This document shows, one piece after another, positions 19,985 to 30,048 of a stretch of DNA of 64,000 bases. The stretch is from an uncultured delta proteobacterium (GTDB lineage Bacteria; Desulfobacterota; Binatia; UBA9968). The notes under the pieces were generated by a model. That model saw nothing but the letters and a program-made list of their open reading frames with translations, made no database searches and was not told where the DNA came from. The translations under genes and the position numbers were made by a program. Position 1 is the first letter of the stretch; the number at the start of each line of letters is the position of its first letter. The DNA lies in the NCBI GenBank assembly GCA_963745835.1, contig CAVUZH010000002.1, positions 23,062 to 87,061 of the forward strand, read 5' to 3'.

Positions 19985-21346
19985 ATGGCACGCGGCATTA
20001 CCGAACAATTGGCGATCCATACGGCGAAAGTGCGCTACGAAGACATTCCTCCCGAGGCAATCGAAAAAGCCAAAGATTGCATCCTCGATCAGATCGGGGT
20101 CGAGCTGATCGGTTCCACCCTGGAGTGGAATAAGATTGCCTACCGCTACGTCGCCGACATGGGAGGGCGCGGTGAAAGCACGGTGGTTAACTACGGCGAC
20201 AGAGTGCCGACTCTGGATGCGGCGTTCGTCAATGCAACCTTCGGTCAGGGCTGCGAGCTCGATGACGTCGGCTTTGCCGCGGGCGGCCACCCGAGCGCCG
20301 CTACCGTGCCGGTGGCGCTGGCCCTAGGTGAAAAGCAACGCAGCACGGGCAAAGATTTTCTCGCCGCCGTGGTCGTCGGCTGCGACGTCATGTACCGGCT
20401 GCTGGCGGCGGTTCGGCCTTCGTCGGGCAAGCGCGGGTTTCACAGCCACGGCATCGGCGCACCCTTCGGTGCGATGGCAACGGCAGCGAGACTGCTTGGA
20501 TTGAAAGAGGGGCAGATGCTGCATGCCTTCGGCATCGCCGGCATGCATTCGAGCGGCACCATGGAATACGATCAAACCGGCGGCGAGGTGAAGCGCGTGA
20601 TTGCCGGTGTCGGCGCGCGCAGCGGCATCCAGTCGGCGATGCTAGCCCAACTCGGGCTCACCGGTCCGCCGACCATCATCGAGGGCAAACGCGGGTTTCT
20701 TAAAGTCTTCGCCGATCTGGTGGAGCCAGAGGAAATCACCCGCGATCTCGGCAGTGAGTTCAAGATCATGCGCATCTGGTTCAAGCTTTATCCGTGCGTC
20801 GCCACCGTCCAGGGAGTGATCTACACGCTCAGCAAATTGATCGAAGAGCATCGCTTCGGGCCGGACGACGTCGAAGAAATCCGCGTCGGCATCTCCGAGA
20901 CTTCGCTGTCGCACGGCGGCGCGATTTACGAGCCGCACGATACTGCGAGCGCACAGTTCAGCCTGCCGTTCTCGTTGGCGATCCGCCTGTTGAAGAACGA
21001 CAACGATCTGAGCTTTTACATGGATCCCAAGCTGTGGACCGATCCGAAAGTTCTGGCGCTAGCCAAGAAAGTGAAGAGCTATGCCGACCCGAACGCGAAG
21101 AAGGACCAGAATTACAACACGACGATGGAAGTGAAGCTCACCAATGGCAAGAGTTACAAAGCGTTCGAGCCCTACCCCCCTGGCTCGCCGCTCAACATGG
21201 TCAGCCGTGACGTGTTGCGCGCCAAGTTTCGCAAGATGGCCCGCGCGGTATTACCCGAGAATCGGATCGACAGATTGATCGATGCCGTGGACCGGCTGGA
21301 AACCTGCAATGATACCGGCGAATTGCTCCCGCTGGTCGTGAAGTGA
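19985..21346 (+). CDS. MmgE/PrpD-family protein
   Basis: LDQIGV, GQGCELDD..GHPS, GTMEYDQTGGEVKR and AQFSLPF. Close paralog of 13210-14601. Confidence 0.9.
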   Translation: MARGITEQLAIHTAKVRYEDIPPEAIEKAKDCILDQIGVELIGSTLEWNKIAYRYVADMGGRGESTVVNYGDRVPTLDAAFVNATFGQGCELDDVGFAAGGHPSAATVPVALALGEKQRSTGKDFLAAVVVGCDVMYRLLAAVRPSSGKRGFHSHGIGAPFGAMATAARLLGLKEGQMLHAFGIAGMHSSGTMEYDQTGGEVKRVIAGVGARSGIQSAMLAQLGLTGPPTIIEGKRGFLKVFADLVEPEEITRDLGSEFKIMRIWFKLYPCVATVQGVIYTLSKLIEEHRFGPDDVEEIRVGISETSLSHGGAIYEPHDTASAQFSLPFSLAIRLLKNDNDLSFYMDPKLWTDPKVLALAKKVKSYADPNAKKDQNYNTTMEVKLTNGKSYKAFEPYPPGSPLNMVSRDVLRAKFRKMARAVLPENRIDRLIDAVDRLETCNDTGELLPLVVK

Positions 21347-22011
21347 TCATTGGGATTATTGCGCGCTTCCGGAACGTCTTTTAAGAAATACTCTCTCGTT
21401 TCATCACGTTCATCTGTTCGCGATCGTCGCGATCACGCCGGCAATAGATTGTCCGTGAACCGTAAGAGCTAGGTGGAACATTGAGAAACGTAGGGTATTT
21501 CAAACATTACCGGTGACTTAGTTTCCAGTCGGACGGGCGTAAATCAAATTCTAACATTCTCGTTTCATTCGCCGCTCCAAAAAAATTATCTCGGTTGAAT
21601 TAGCTCGTCGGAGCAAGAATTCGTTTTTCAATCTTCAGAGAGATTTCTTAATCACTCACTCGAGGATCGAGCTTGTCACGAATCGGTTTTGAAAGTTTTA
21701 GCTGCCGGCGTAGTCGATGAAAGTTACCTCAGTATGTGAAGAATCTTCTCGTTTTCACGTGCCATGGTATGGGTATTGCTCGGTACGCCAGGCGCGGCTC
21801 TGCTAGAAAAATTCCATTTTGAAAGAACAGCAATTGATTGCTGCACAGGGGCTTGATTCTCGGCGCGAGTTTGTCGATGTGCCGAGTCCGAGCAACAGCC
21901 GGGTCGAAAATGCAACGATTGAATAAAATACGCGGGCCGAGATCCGTGGGAGTGATAATGCGAATTGAAAATTATGAGAATCGCGAAACAAGTTACCGAA
22001 GCATAGCTCGC

Positions 22012-23514
22012 ATGAAAGGTGCAATAGTATGCGTTTCTGCTGGTGTGTTGTTACTGCTGTCGAATGGATCTGCCATGGCCCAAGACGTGCCGGCTCTACA
22101 AGAACTAGGCAAGCATATTTTCTTCGATAATATTTCCAATCCGCCGCGTCAGTCGTGTTCCACCTGCCACGTACCGGAAAATGGCTGGACCGCTGGCGTT
22201 GCCGGCATTAACAAGAAGGGCGTGGCCGTACCTGGCGCCAATCCTCACACCGTTGGGGGACGTAAGCCGCCCAGCAACGCCTACGCAACCTTCAGTCCGC
22301 CGTTTGGTGGCCGGCCTGCGACCAACCTCAATCCCTTTCCTAATCCGCCGCCTGCTACGGATTCCTTTTTCTGTGGCGAAGGTTCACCATTTCTCTGTTT
22401 CGGTGGCGTTTTCTGGGATGGCCGCGCGGAAGGCAATGCCACGCCCTTGGTTGCTCCGCCGAACGTGACGGGAAAAGGAGCAATCCCGCATGTTGGTGTC
22501 GAAATTTTCGATACCGATGCGCAAGAGGTGGCTTACCGTGGGTTCATCGGGCCGGTAGCCGACCAAGCGCTCGGTCCATTCCCGAATGACGTCGAGCAGA
22601 ATGTTCCTGATGGCAACGATGGTGGATTGCCGGGTGCCGGAGCTGTCTGTCGGCACGTTCAGTCGGCGAAGTATGCCGAGCTTTTCATGAAGGCTTGGAA
22701 CGAAGCGATCGACTGCAACACTTCAAACGTGGTGATCAGCTTCAAGCGCATCGCTTTGGCGATCGCGGCCTGGCAGCATTCCGGTGAAGTCAACTCGTTC
22801 AGCTCCAAGCGCGATCAGGGAATCAGGAACGGCGGGTCTTTCCCTCTGCCCAACTTGACGAATCAGGAGAATCTGGGGCGTGACCTATTTCATGGTCTCA
22901 ATGATTCGGGGCTGAATAGAATCGTCGATGACGGTAACGGTGGCCGTACGCCAAAGAACGCAGGCTGCGCAGCCTGTCACAACAGCCATGGCGCCGGTTC
23001 TGTTGGCAATGAACTTAACCAGATCTACTCGGATTTTGCTTATCACCACATCGGGTTGCCGGCGAATTTCGAAATAGAGAACTTCGATCCGAACAATTTA
23101 GACGCAGGAATGCTCGGTCATACTAATCCAACCGCTGTGTTCAACTCTGCCAACCCTACCGCAACCCCGTTTGCCGGGCACGTTAAAACCCCGACCTTGC
23201 GAAATGTAGACAAGCGCCGCGGCAACGGCTTTCCCAAGGCTTACATGCATAACGGCTACTTCAAGTCACTCGAGCAAGTCGTTCATTTTTATAATACGGC
23301 AACCTTGTTACGGGATCCCTTGGCTTGCCCGGCCGGTACGAGGGCAGAACAGGCAATAGCAAAAAACTGCTGGCCGGCTCCGGAGTTCGATACACCGAAT
23401 CAAGCTGGGAATTTCGGCGTGCTGGGAAACCTTGGGCTGACCGCGGCCGAAGAGGCGGCGCTGGTGGCGTACTTAAAAACTCTGACCGATACGGTGACGC
23501 CCAAGCAGCCATAG
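22012..23514 (+). CDS. Periplasmic di-haem cytochrome c peroxidase / MauG superfamily protein
   Basis: Two haem motifs (CSTCH, CAACH), LGKHIFFD, FWDGRA, KTPTLRNV, YMHNG and a signal peptide. Confidence 0.88.
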   Translation: MKGAIVCVSAGVLLLLSNGSAMAQDVPALQELGKHIFFDNISNPPRQSCSTCHVPENGWTAGVAGINKKGVAVPGANPHTVGGRKPPSNAYATFSPPFGGRPATNLNPFPNPPPATDSFFCGEGSPFLCFGGVFWDGRAEGNATPLVAPPNVTGKGAIPHVGVEIFDTDAQEVAYRGFIGPVADQALGPFPNDVEQNVPDGNDGGLPGAGAVCRHVQSAKYAELFMKAWNEAIDCNTSNVVISFKRIALAIAAWQHSGEVNSFSSKRDQGIRNGGSFPLPNLTNQENLGRDLFHGLNDSGLNRIVDDGNGGRTPKNAGCAACHNSHGAGSVGNELNQIYSDFAYHHIGLPANFEIENFDPNNLDAGMLGHTNPTAVFNSANPTATPFAGHVKTPTLRNVDKRRGNGFPKAYMHNGYFKSLEQVVHFYNTATLLRDPLACPAGTRAEQAIAKNCWPAPEFDTPNQAGNFGVLGNLGLTAAEEAALVAYLKTLTDTVTPKQP

Positions 23515-23559
23515 CCCCTACAAGGCGGCTAAATAAACGGCGTTGCAAATGTTTTGATA

Positions 23560-23599
23560 GCGGGAGTCGGGGCGGTACCTATACCGTCCCGGCTCTCGT
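23560..23599. terminator. Long GC-rich hairpin, probable terminator
   Basis: GCGGGAGTCGGGGCGGTA / TACCGTCCCGGCTCTCGT with G-U pairs, between convergent genes. A second inverted repeat GACGCCGCGG/CCGCGGCGTC lies at 23660-23698. Confidence 0.55.
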
Positions 23600-23824
23600 T
23601 ATTGTGGCCGGTGTATCGAAGTCAACGGCGCTTTAATTCCGGCCAGTATCGCAATGACTGACGCCGCGGATCCGGCACAATAAGAACGCCGCGGCGTCGA
23701 CCGCGGCAAGCTTGGTAATCACGCTAGAACTGCAGAGTGGTAAATTCCGAAAGTCTCTGCCTTTGAATCGAATCATTTTCTGCCTGTCGGACGTTTAAGA
23801 TAATAGATAATAATTGTTGTTAGC

Positions 23825-24910
23825 TCAGTTTGCTTTCCGAGCAGCCTGCGCCGAGGTTCGACGATCTAGCCGGAAATATTCCTTGCCGTTGTGATAAGCG
23901 ATCTTCTCTTTGGTCGACCGTGAAAGATCGGGATGGTTCCACAGGTATTTGAGATTTTTGGGAAACTCGCCGTCCCAGTGGGGAACGTCCGACGCGTAGA
24001 GAAAGTGATGATCGCCGACGTACTCAATGGTCTGCGGTAGGAGCCGCTCCTCGGATTCGAGACTGAAGTAGACTCCGGATTCGCGCACCACCTCACTGGG
24101 TTTTTTCTTCAGATGCGGCGCCTCGAATTCGCCGCGCAACTCCCAATGCTCATCCATGCGATCGAGCCAGTACGGCAGCCAGGTCGCGCCGATCTCAAGA
24201 AAAGCCAGGCGCAGCTTGGGAAAGCGCACCGGCACTCCCTGAAAAATGATGCTGGTGAAGTGAAGAAAGATGCCGACCGGGAAAGTGTAGGTGTGCACCT
24301 CGGCGAACGTTCTGAGTGCGCCGGCGCCGACCTCCGCCGAAGAGCTGCGGTTACCGTGCACCGAGAGCGGGACGTCGAGCCGCTGCGCCTCTTCATAAAG
24401 CGGATCGTACATCGGGTCGCCGAGCGCCGTGGGTAATCCCATGGAAAGCAACTCGAAGCTTACCAGACCCAGTTCGGTGACGGCCCGGCGCAGCTCCTTG
24501 GCGGCTTCCTGCGGCCATTTGAGCGGCAGCACACCGACGCAATGAATCCGCTCGGAGAGCGCGTTGTATTCCTTGGCGAAATGATCGTTGGCGGCGCGGC
24601 AAGCGGCGAGGCAGAACTCGGGTTCCCGCAGTTTCGGAATGTTGCCGGAGCCGGTAGGAAAGAGCACCGCCTGTTCGATGTTGTACTCGTCCATGATCTT
24701 GAGCCATGTCTCGACCTGCTGAGCCGGGCTCATATTGCGACCGTAACCTGGATAGCCCAGCGTATCGAATAGATCGGTGTCGAACGGCTGATCGCTGGGC
24801 CAGAGACCAGTGTTACGTCGGTTCCACGGCGGTTCCAAATACTTGCGGATGTCGCTTTGGCGTTCCAATACATGTCCATCGGCGTCGATTACCGGCGGCC
24901 AGTCAGCCAT
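23825..24910 (-). CDS. Amidohydrolase_2-family metalloenzyme
   Basis: IDADGH, VLFPT, LSVHG, LEIGATW and YASDVPHWD. Confidence 0.9.
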   Translation of the reverse strand: MADWPPVIDADGHVLERQSDIRKYLEPPWNRRNTGLWPSDQPFDTDLFDTLGYPGYGRNMSPAQQVETWLKIMDEYNIEQAVLFPTGSGNIPKLREPEFCLAACRAANDHFAKEYNALSERIHCVGVLPLKWPQEAAKELRRAVTELGLVSFELLSMGLPTALGDPMYDPLYEEAQRLDVPLSVHGNRSSSAEVGAGALRTFAEVHTYTFPVGIFLHFTSIIFQGVPVRFPKLRLAFLEIGATWLPYWLDRMDEHWELRGEFEAPHLKKKPSEVVRESGVYFSLESEERLLPQTIEYVGDHHFLYASDVPHWDGEFPKNLKYLWNHPDLSRSTKEKIAYHNGKEYFRLDRRTSAQAARKAN

Positions 24911-25114
24911 GATTCGCCTCCTTGATTATTTTTGAGCTCACGGCGTCGGATGGTATCACCACCGGACCAGCATGTGTCAACCGTTTTCTCAGTAAGATGA
25001 GGTTAGATTATTTTAAGGCTTTTTCGAAAAATCGGCCGTTAAGCAAACGCCAGACGAAAGTCTGCCGTCCAACACGGTGCATAAATCAAACACAGCGGCG
25101 AAGATCGTTGCTAG

Positions 25115-26098
25115 TTATCGACCGTACAGTTGGTTCACAAAGCCGCTTTTCTCGATCTCACTGAGAATGGAGTTGTCAATGAATTGCTCCGACTTGGCGG
25201 CTTTTGCTCCCGGGTGGCGGGTGAAATTCAGCACCGATTGCACGCCGGCGGTGGAAACATATGGAATGCGCTCCCAGACTTTGATGAACGTCCGGTACGT
25301 TTCCTCAAGGTCTTCCGGATTGTTCGTTTTCGTAAACGTGCCGATGATCTGTTTGGTTTCTTTCGGGTTGGTTGCGGCATAGCGAACTGCTTCCATATAC
25401 CCCTGCAGGAAGCCGCGAACCCGGTCGCGATACTCTTTGACGAAGTCTCGGGTCGTTGCCAGGCCGGCATGGATCATCGGAATATTTCGCTCCGGAACGT
25501 TGACAATTTCTTTGAAGCCCGCCTGCCGCGCCTTGAGAGTCACCGGCGCCGAAATGACGCCAGCATCGATCACACCGCTTGTCAGCGCCGCAAGAATCTC
25601 GGGGCCGGTTTTCAAATAGAGCATCTTGATGTCCTGACCCGGAACCAAGCCGGCCTCCTGGCAGAGAATGCGCACCAAATGATCGCTGATGGAGCCGGGA
25701 GACAGGGCCGAGACCACTTTGCCGCGCAGATCGGCGAGCGACTGAATCTCCGGCTTGGCAAAAATCGAAAGCACCACGCGGTTGGCGATGCCGGCGATAT
25801 AGACGACTCGTTCTCCGTTCAGTCCGGCCTCGAGCAATTCGCCACCCGGCGTAATGATGTCGACGTTCTTGGTGAGCAGCGCCTGGGTGCCGGTGGTCAG
25901 CGGCAGAAATTTCAAATCGACTGCGATGCCGTACTTGTTGAACAGCTTGTTTTCATAAGCTACCCAGAGAGGCGTGAACACCCCGCCGATGGCGTTGTAG
26001 CTCGCGCGCACCACTGGCAAATCGGCGGCAAGCGAACGATCGATGAAAAAGAGACCACTAAAGAACAGCAACGCGGCAAGAATTTTTGTCAGATTCAC
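25115..26098 (-). CDS. SsuA/NMT1/THI5-like ABC substrate-binding protein
   Basis: GTG start after AAGGA, signal peptide, SLADLRGK..SPGS..D and LTSGVIDAG. Confidence 0.85.
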   Translation of the reverse strand: MNLTKILAALLFFSGLFFIDRSLAADLPVVRASYNAIGGVFTPLWVAYENKLFNKYGIAVDLKFLPLTTGTQALLTKNVDIITPGGELLEAGLNGERVVYIAGIANRVVLSIFAKPEIQSLADLRGKVVSALSPGSISDHLVRILCQEAGLVPGQDIKMLYLKTGPEILAALTSGVIDAGVISAPVTLKARQAGFKEIVNVPERNIPMIHAGLATTRDFVKEYRDRVRGFLQGYMEAVRYAATNPKETKQIIGTFTKTNNPEDLEETYRTFIKVWERIPYVSTAGVQSVLNFTRHPGAKAAKSEQFIDNSILSEIEKSGFVNQLYGR

Positions 26099-26102
26099 AC
26101 GC

Positions 26103-26975
26103 CTATTCCTTTCCAAATTCTCCGGACTGCTTTGCCCAGCGAGCCAGTTCGTCATGGCCGGTAAAGACCACGCCATCGAATTGCTTGGCGTAGGAGAGAA
26201 ATTCATCGAGCACTTTCGAGCGAAACGGCCGGCCGGTGATGAAGTCATGAACGACGAGCGGCATCATGACGGCCCGTTCCGCGCCGCGCTCGTATAGCGC
26301 ATCGAAGGCGGATTTGAGGCCGCGCAACATAAAATCCGGCGGATTGGCATTCCAGGTGGAGAACCGCGAGGGTGGAAACGCGGGATTGGTGATGTCGACG
26401 CCGAGCGCCGTGTCGCTGTAGGTCGCAAACGGAATCTCGAGCATCTCCCGGCCATGGCCTTCGATCAACGAAGGCAGATCGTCGTTCCACATGCTGCCAT
26501 CCCATTCGAGATCGGAATGCTCCAGCAGCAGATCAAGCGTATTGTGGCTCGCAAAACAGGTGCGCCAGCCGCGAATGTGTTCGCCCAACAAATCTTCGAA
26601 AACGGCGACGGTTTTTTTGATCAACGCAGTTTCGGTCTCCGGCGGCATATTGCACATCATTTCATGCGCGTACGTGTGCCCGGCGATACAATGCCCGGCT
26701 TTCTGAACGGCGCGCGAGACTTCGGGATATTTCTCCAAAGTCGCGCCGCAGATCAGCCACGTGCCGCGGACACCGTGCTCGCTCATGATGTCGAGTAGAC
26801 GCCAAGCGCCGCGCCGGGCTCCGTATTGCCGCTCGCTGTAGTCGAAAGGATCGGGTTGGCCGTCGGGCATCGGGCAGGTGGCTTCCTCCGACTGATGATG
26901 CACGCTGATCGCGATCGGCAGGCGCACGCCGTCGGGCCAGCGAAAACTTTTCTTATAACCTTTCTCGTTCCACAT
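26103..26975 (-). CDS. Polysaccharide deacetylase (NodB)-fold hydrolase, PuuE allantoinase-like
   Basis: WPDGVRL, QYGARRGAWRLL, metal motif HTYAH, GWRT, DDLP and VHDFITGRPFR. Confidence 0.85.
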   Translation of the reverse strand: MWNEKGYKKSFRWPDGVRLPIAISVHHQSEEATCPMPDGQPDPFDYSERQYGARRGAWRLLDIMSEHGVRGTWLICGATLEKYPEVSRAVQKAGHCIAGHTYAHEMMCNMPPETETALIKKTVAVFEDLLGEHIRGWRTCFASHNTLDLLLEHSDLEWDGSMWNDDLPSLIEGHGREMLEIPFATYSDTALGVDITNPAFPPSRFSTWNANPPDFMLRGLKSAFDALYERGAERAVMMPLVVHDFITGRPFRSKVLDEFLSYAKQFDGVVFTGHDELARWAKQSGEFGKE

Positions 26976-26995
26976 GAAAGACTCCTTCGAATGGT

Positions 26996-27835
26996 TCACC
27001 GGGCATCCGGGTTTAGGCGCCAAGCGGCGATCTCGCTGCATTGCGCAAAGCGGAATTCTTCGTGGCTTACCAGACGGTCGAGAAGACGCCCAAGCACCCG
27101 CAGAGTTGCCGGGCGTCCCGTGGCCCAGGTCTGGAGGCTCAGATTCATCAGGCGCGGCCCCTTTTCGCTTTCTTTGTAAAGCACATCGAGCTCGTTATTC
27201 CACACGCTCGCAAGACCGTCCGGACCGCCCCGTTGGGGATAAGGATAGCCGACGTAAGTTTTATCCGCGGTGCTCGTCGTAAACGGAATCTCGACAATCT
27301 TCTTCGCTCGCGTTTGAAACAAATACGGCAGATCGTCGTTCAAGAGACTGCTGTCCCACAGCAGCCCTTCCTCCGCGAGAATGTCGAGTGTCTTCGGGCT
27401 CACGCGATAGTCGGGACAACGCCAGCCGCGGATCTTCACGCCGGCGATGTCCTCCAGGATTTTGGCAGAGCGGCGCACGTTGGCACGTTCCTGCTCTTCA
27501 CTCGCGGTCCGGATCGAACCGAAGCTGTAGCCCATGCCGGCGATCTCATGACCGGCTTTGACCGCCGCCTGCACGGTGTCGGGGTATTTCTCCGCTGTCG
27601 TACCGAGCACGAAGAAAGTCGCTTTGACCCGATATTTTTCCAGCAACTCGAGGATATTCCAGATGCCGCGGCGGGCGCCGTACTGCATCGCTCCGCCGAC
27701 CATGTAGTTGGGTCGCTCTCCGGCGAATAACGGCGCTCCTTCACCGGCCTGGTGCTCGAAAGTCAGCATCACGGGAAGTCGAATTCCCGCGGGCCAGCGG
27801 ATAGCCTCCGTGTTCGATTTGATTTCTGCAGCCAT
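26996..27835 (-). CDS. Polysaccharide deacetylase-fold protein lacking the HxxxH metal motif
   Basis: WPAGIRL, QYGARRGIW, GHEIAGMGYSF in place of HGYxH, GWRCP and DDLPY. Confidence 0.85.
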   Translation of the reverse strand: MAAEIKSNTEAIRWPAGIRLPVMLTFEHQAGEGAPLFAGERPNYMVGGAMQYGARRGIWNILELLEKYRVKATFFVLGTTAEKYPDTVQAAVKAGHEIAGMGYSFGSIRTASEEQERANVRRSAKILEDIAGVKIRGWRCPDYRVSPKTLDILAEEGLLWDSSLLNDDLPYLFQTRAKKIVEIPFTTSTADKTYVGYPYPQRGGPDGLASVWNNELDVLYKESEKGPRLMNLSLQTWATGRPATLRVLGRLLDRLVSHEEFRFAQCSEIAAWRLNPDAR

Positions 27836-28230
27836 CGTCCACCTTTCACATTCGGAATCAAAGCAGATGCGTTGTGTTTTTATTTCCGTTTCTTTTCTCC
27901 ATACGTAACGCAAGACACCGCGTCAAGCGGCATAGCGGGTCTAATACGCATCTAATTCGTTGGTGTATTTTTTCCTACTTCTTCGATGCCGTATCGCAAT
28001 TTAGGATTTCTGAACTGTTCCCCAACCATAGGTGTTTTCCCGGGCGTGGCGCAATTGTTTTTGATTCATGTTGACATGTCAGATTGTGATGAATAATCTC
28101 GGGCCTCCGAATCGCATCGGAGAACTCGTTTAACTAATGGACTCCGTCCTGCGTTATGGGTGGGTGGTTCGGCCGTGGCTGATGGCGCAGATTGCCACTG
28201 ACTATAGGGCAGTTTAGAAAGGACATCGGA

Positions 28231-28860
28231 ATGAACAAACTTAAAGAGGCTCACGTACCTTATAATACCGGCTGGGCCGGAGACTTGAAAAAAGGCCAGG
28301 TGATTCGGATTACCGCGACAACCACGGTGGACTTTGTGTGCATGAGACGGGAAAATCTCAAAGAGCGATTCGATCAGGCGCGCACCAAAGTCTATAACAT
28401 GAAAATCTTTCTCACGACCGGCGACAAGCTGATGGGACGGAATAATCAGCACATGATGACCATCGTCGAAAACACCAACCGGGAGGGGACTCACGATTTG
28501 CAGAAAGGCATGTGCAGCGGCTACCGCTTTCAACTCGCAAAAAATGAGGGAAAGCTGCGGGACTATTACCATCGAGACTATAAAGACGAAGAGATTCCGG
28601 ATCATGGCTGCTATGAAAATCTTTCGCGAGCTTTAGCACCGTATGGGATCGATCCGGAAGACGTCCCCAACCCTTTTAACCTCAATCAGCATATGAAAAT
28701 CGACGGCGCCACCGGCCGCATGGATCATACGACAGTGCGGCCCAAACCGGGCAGCTACGTAGATCTTAAAGCAGAGATGGATCTGCTCGTTGCCTTCAGC
28801 GCCTGTCCCGATATGCCGGTTGGCGGAAAGCCGGTCGACCTTATGATTTACGAGCCGTGA
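28231..28860 (+). CDS. Urea carboxylase-associated family protein (DUF1989)
   Basis: LKKGQVIRI..VDF, THDLQKGMC, HGCYENL, PNPFNL and AEMDLLVAFSACP. Confidence 0.85.
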   Translation: MNKLKEAHVPYNTGWAGDLKKGQVIRITATTTVDFVCMRRENLKERFDQARTKVYNMKIFLTTGDKLMGRNNQHMMTIVENTNREGTHDLQKGMCSGYRFQLAKNEGKLRDYYHRDYKDEEIPDHGCYENLSRALAPYGIDPEDVPNPFNLNQHMKIDGATGRMDHTTVRPKPGSYVDLKAEMDLLVAFSACPDMPVGGKPVDLMIYEP

Positions 28861-29025
28861 AATAGTTTTGAGATTTTGTGGCTTGAATGCGCTCTGGAGA
28901 AGAGATCGTTCCAACCGGACATGACCAAAACCATTGCCTCTAGCAATCACGCGGCGGCCAACAATTCAGGGCGAACGTAGCTACTACCGGCTCGCCATAA
29001 CATTTCTTTCACACACGAGATCAAG

Positions 29026-30048
29026 ATGAACACCGTGAAGCACCGCTACAGCGCGGAGATCCAGCGGAGCAGGGGACTGCTGGAGCTGGCCGCAGCTCTC
29101 TACGACACCTCACTTTCTTTTCAAACCGAGCGCGCCGCCGAACAGGCGATCCAGACAGAATCGCGCGTCGGCTATTCGCTCACGCTTGCGCTTACGGCGA
29201 CCCGCGAAAAAGGGGTTTCTTTGTCGTTTGCGGCGGATGGATTTCGCGAGCTCCTGGCCGTAAGCCAAGGCAAGCTCTCGCTCGGCTGGATCAATCCTTC
29301 GGTTGCCGCAACCATGGCTTTCAGGGGCAAAGGGCTGTTCTCCAAGCGGCAGCCGATCAGGACCATCGCGGTTTTTCCTTCATACGACGTCATGGGATTT
29401 GCCGTGCACGAGTCTACCGGGATTACTTCGTTGGAGCAGATCAGGAAGGAGCGCATCCCGCTTCGACTCTCGACCGGAACCATCTCCCCAGCGTGGGTCA
29501 AGTACAGCCCGACGATGTTCACGGTGAGCGCGGTCATGAAAGCCGCGGGATTTACCTTTGCGAACTTGAAACAATGGGGCGGCAAGATTCAATCGGTTAC
29601 ACGTCCCAGCCACCCGGACCGGCGCGAGGCTCTCGAGAAGGGAAGGATCAATGCGGTGTTCGATGAAGGAATAAAGAGCTGGGGTCAGACCGCCATCGAT
29701 GCCGGATTTCGCTACCTGCCGGTGGAGGGATCCATTCTGAAAAAACTGACCGCGATAGGTTATCGCGCCTCGGTTTTGCCCAAATCCCGGTTTCCAGCGC
29801 TGCCCTCGGACGTGCCCACCGTGGATTTCAGCGGCTGGCCGATGGTGGTCAACGCAGCCATGCCGGACGATGTCGCCTACGCTCTCTGCGAAGCGATCGA
29901 GGCGCGTAAAGCGCTCATGCCGACGGACAACTTCAAGCCACTGGATATGGCGCAGCTCTGCGCAAACGATCAGGAGGCGCCGTACGACGTGCCTCTCCAT
30001 CGGGGCGCCAAGCGTTTCTATCTGGAAAAAGGCTATCTCAAATCGTAA
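29026..30048 (+). CDS. TAXI-family (TRAP-associated) solute-binding-fold protein with no signal peptide
   Basis: RTIAVFP, GITSL, DVPTV, MPDDVAYAL and the C-terminal VPLHRGAKRFYLEKG TAXI signature. Confidence 0.75.
   Translation: MNTVKHRYSAEIQRSRGLLELAAALYDTSLSFQTERAAEQAIQTESRVGYSLTLALTATREKGVSLSFAADGFRELLAVSQGKLSLGWINPSVAATMAFRGKGLFSKRQPIRTIAVFPSYDVMGFAVHESTGITSLEQIRKERIPLRLSTGTISPAWVKYSPTMFTVSAVMKAAGFTFANLKQWGGKIQSVTRPSHPDRREALEKGRINAVFDEGIKSWGQTAIDAGFRYLPVEGSILKKLTAIGYRASVLPKSRFPALPSDVPTVDFSGWPMVVNAAMPDDVAYALCEAIEARKALMPTDNFKPLDMAQLCANDQEAPYDVPLHRGAKRFYLEKGYLKS

Noticed and set aside
27920-28230. Guanidine riboswitch upstream of DUF1989
   Set aside because: No ykkC, mini-ykkC (twin ACGR loops) or ykkC-III consensus is recognisable by eye. 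A covariance-model scan would settle it.
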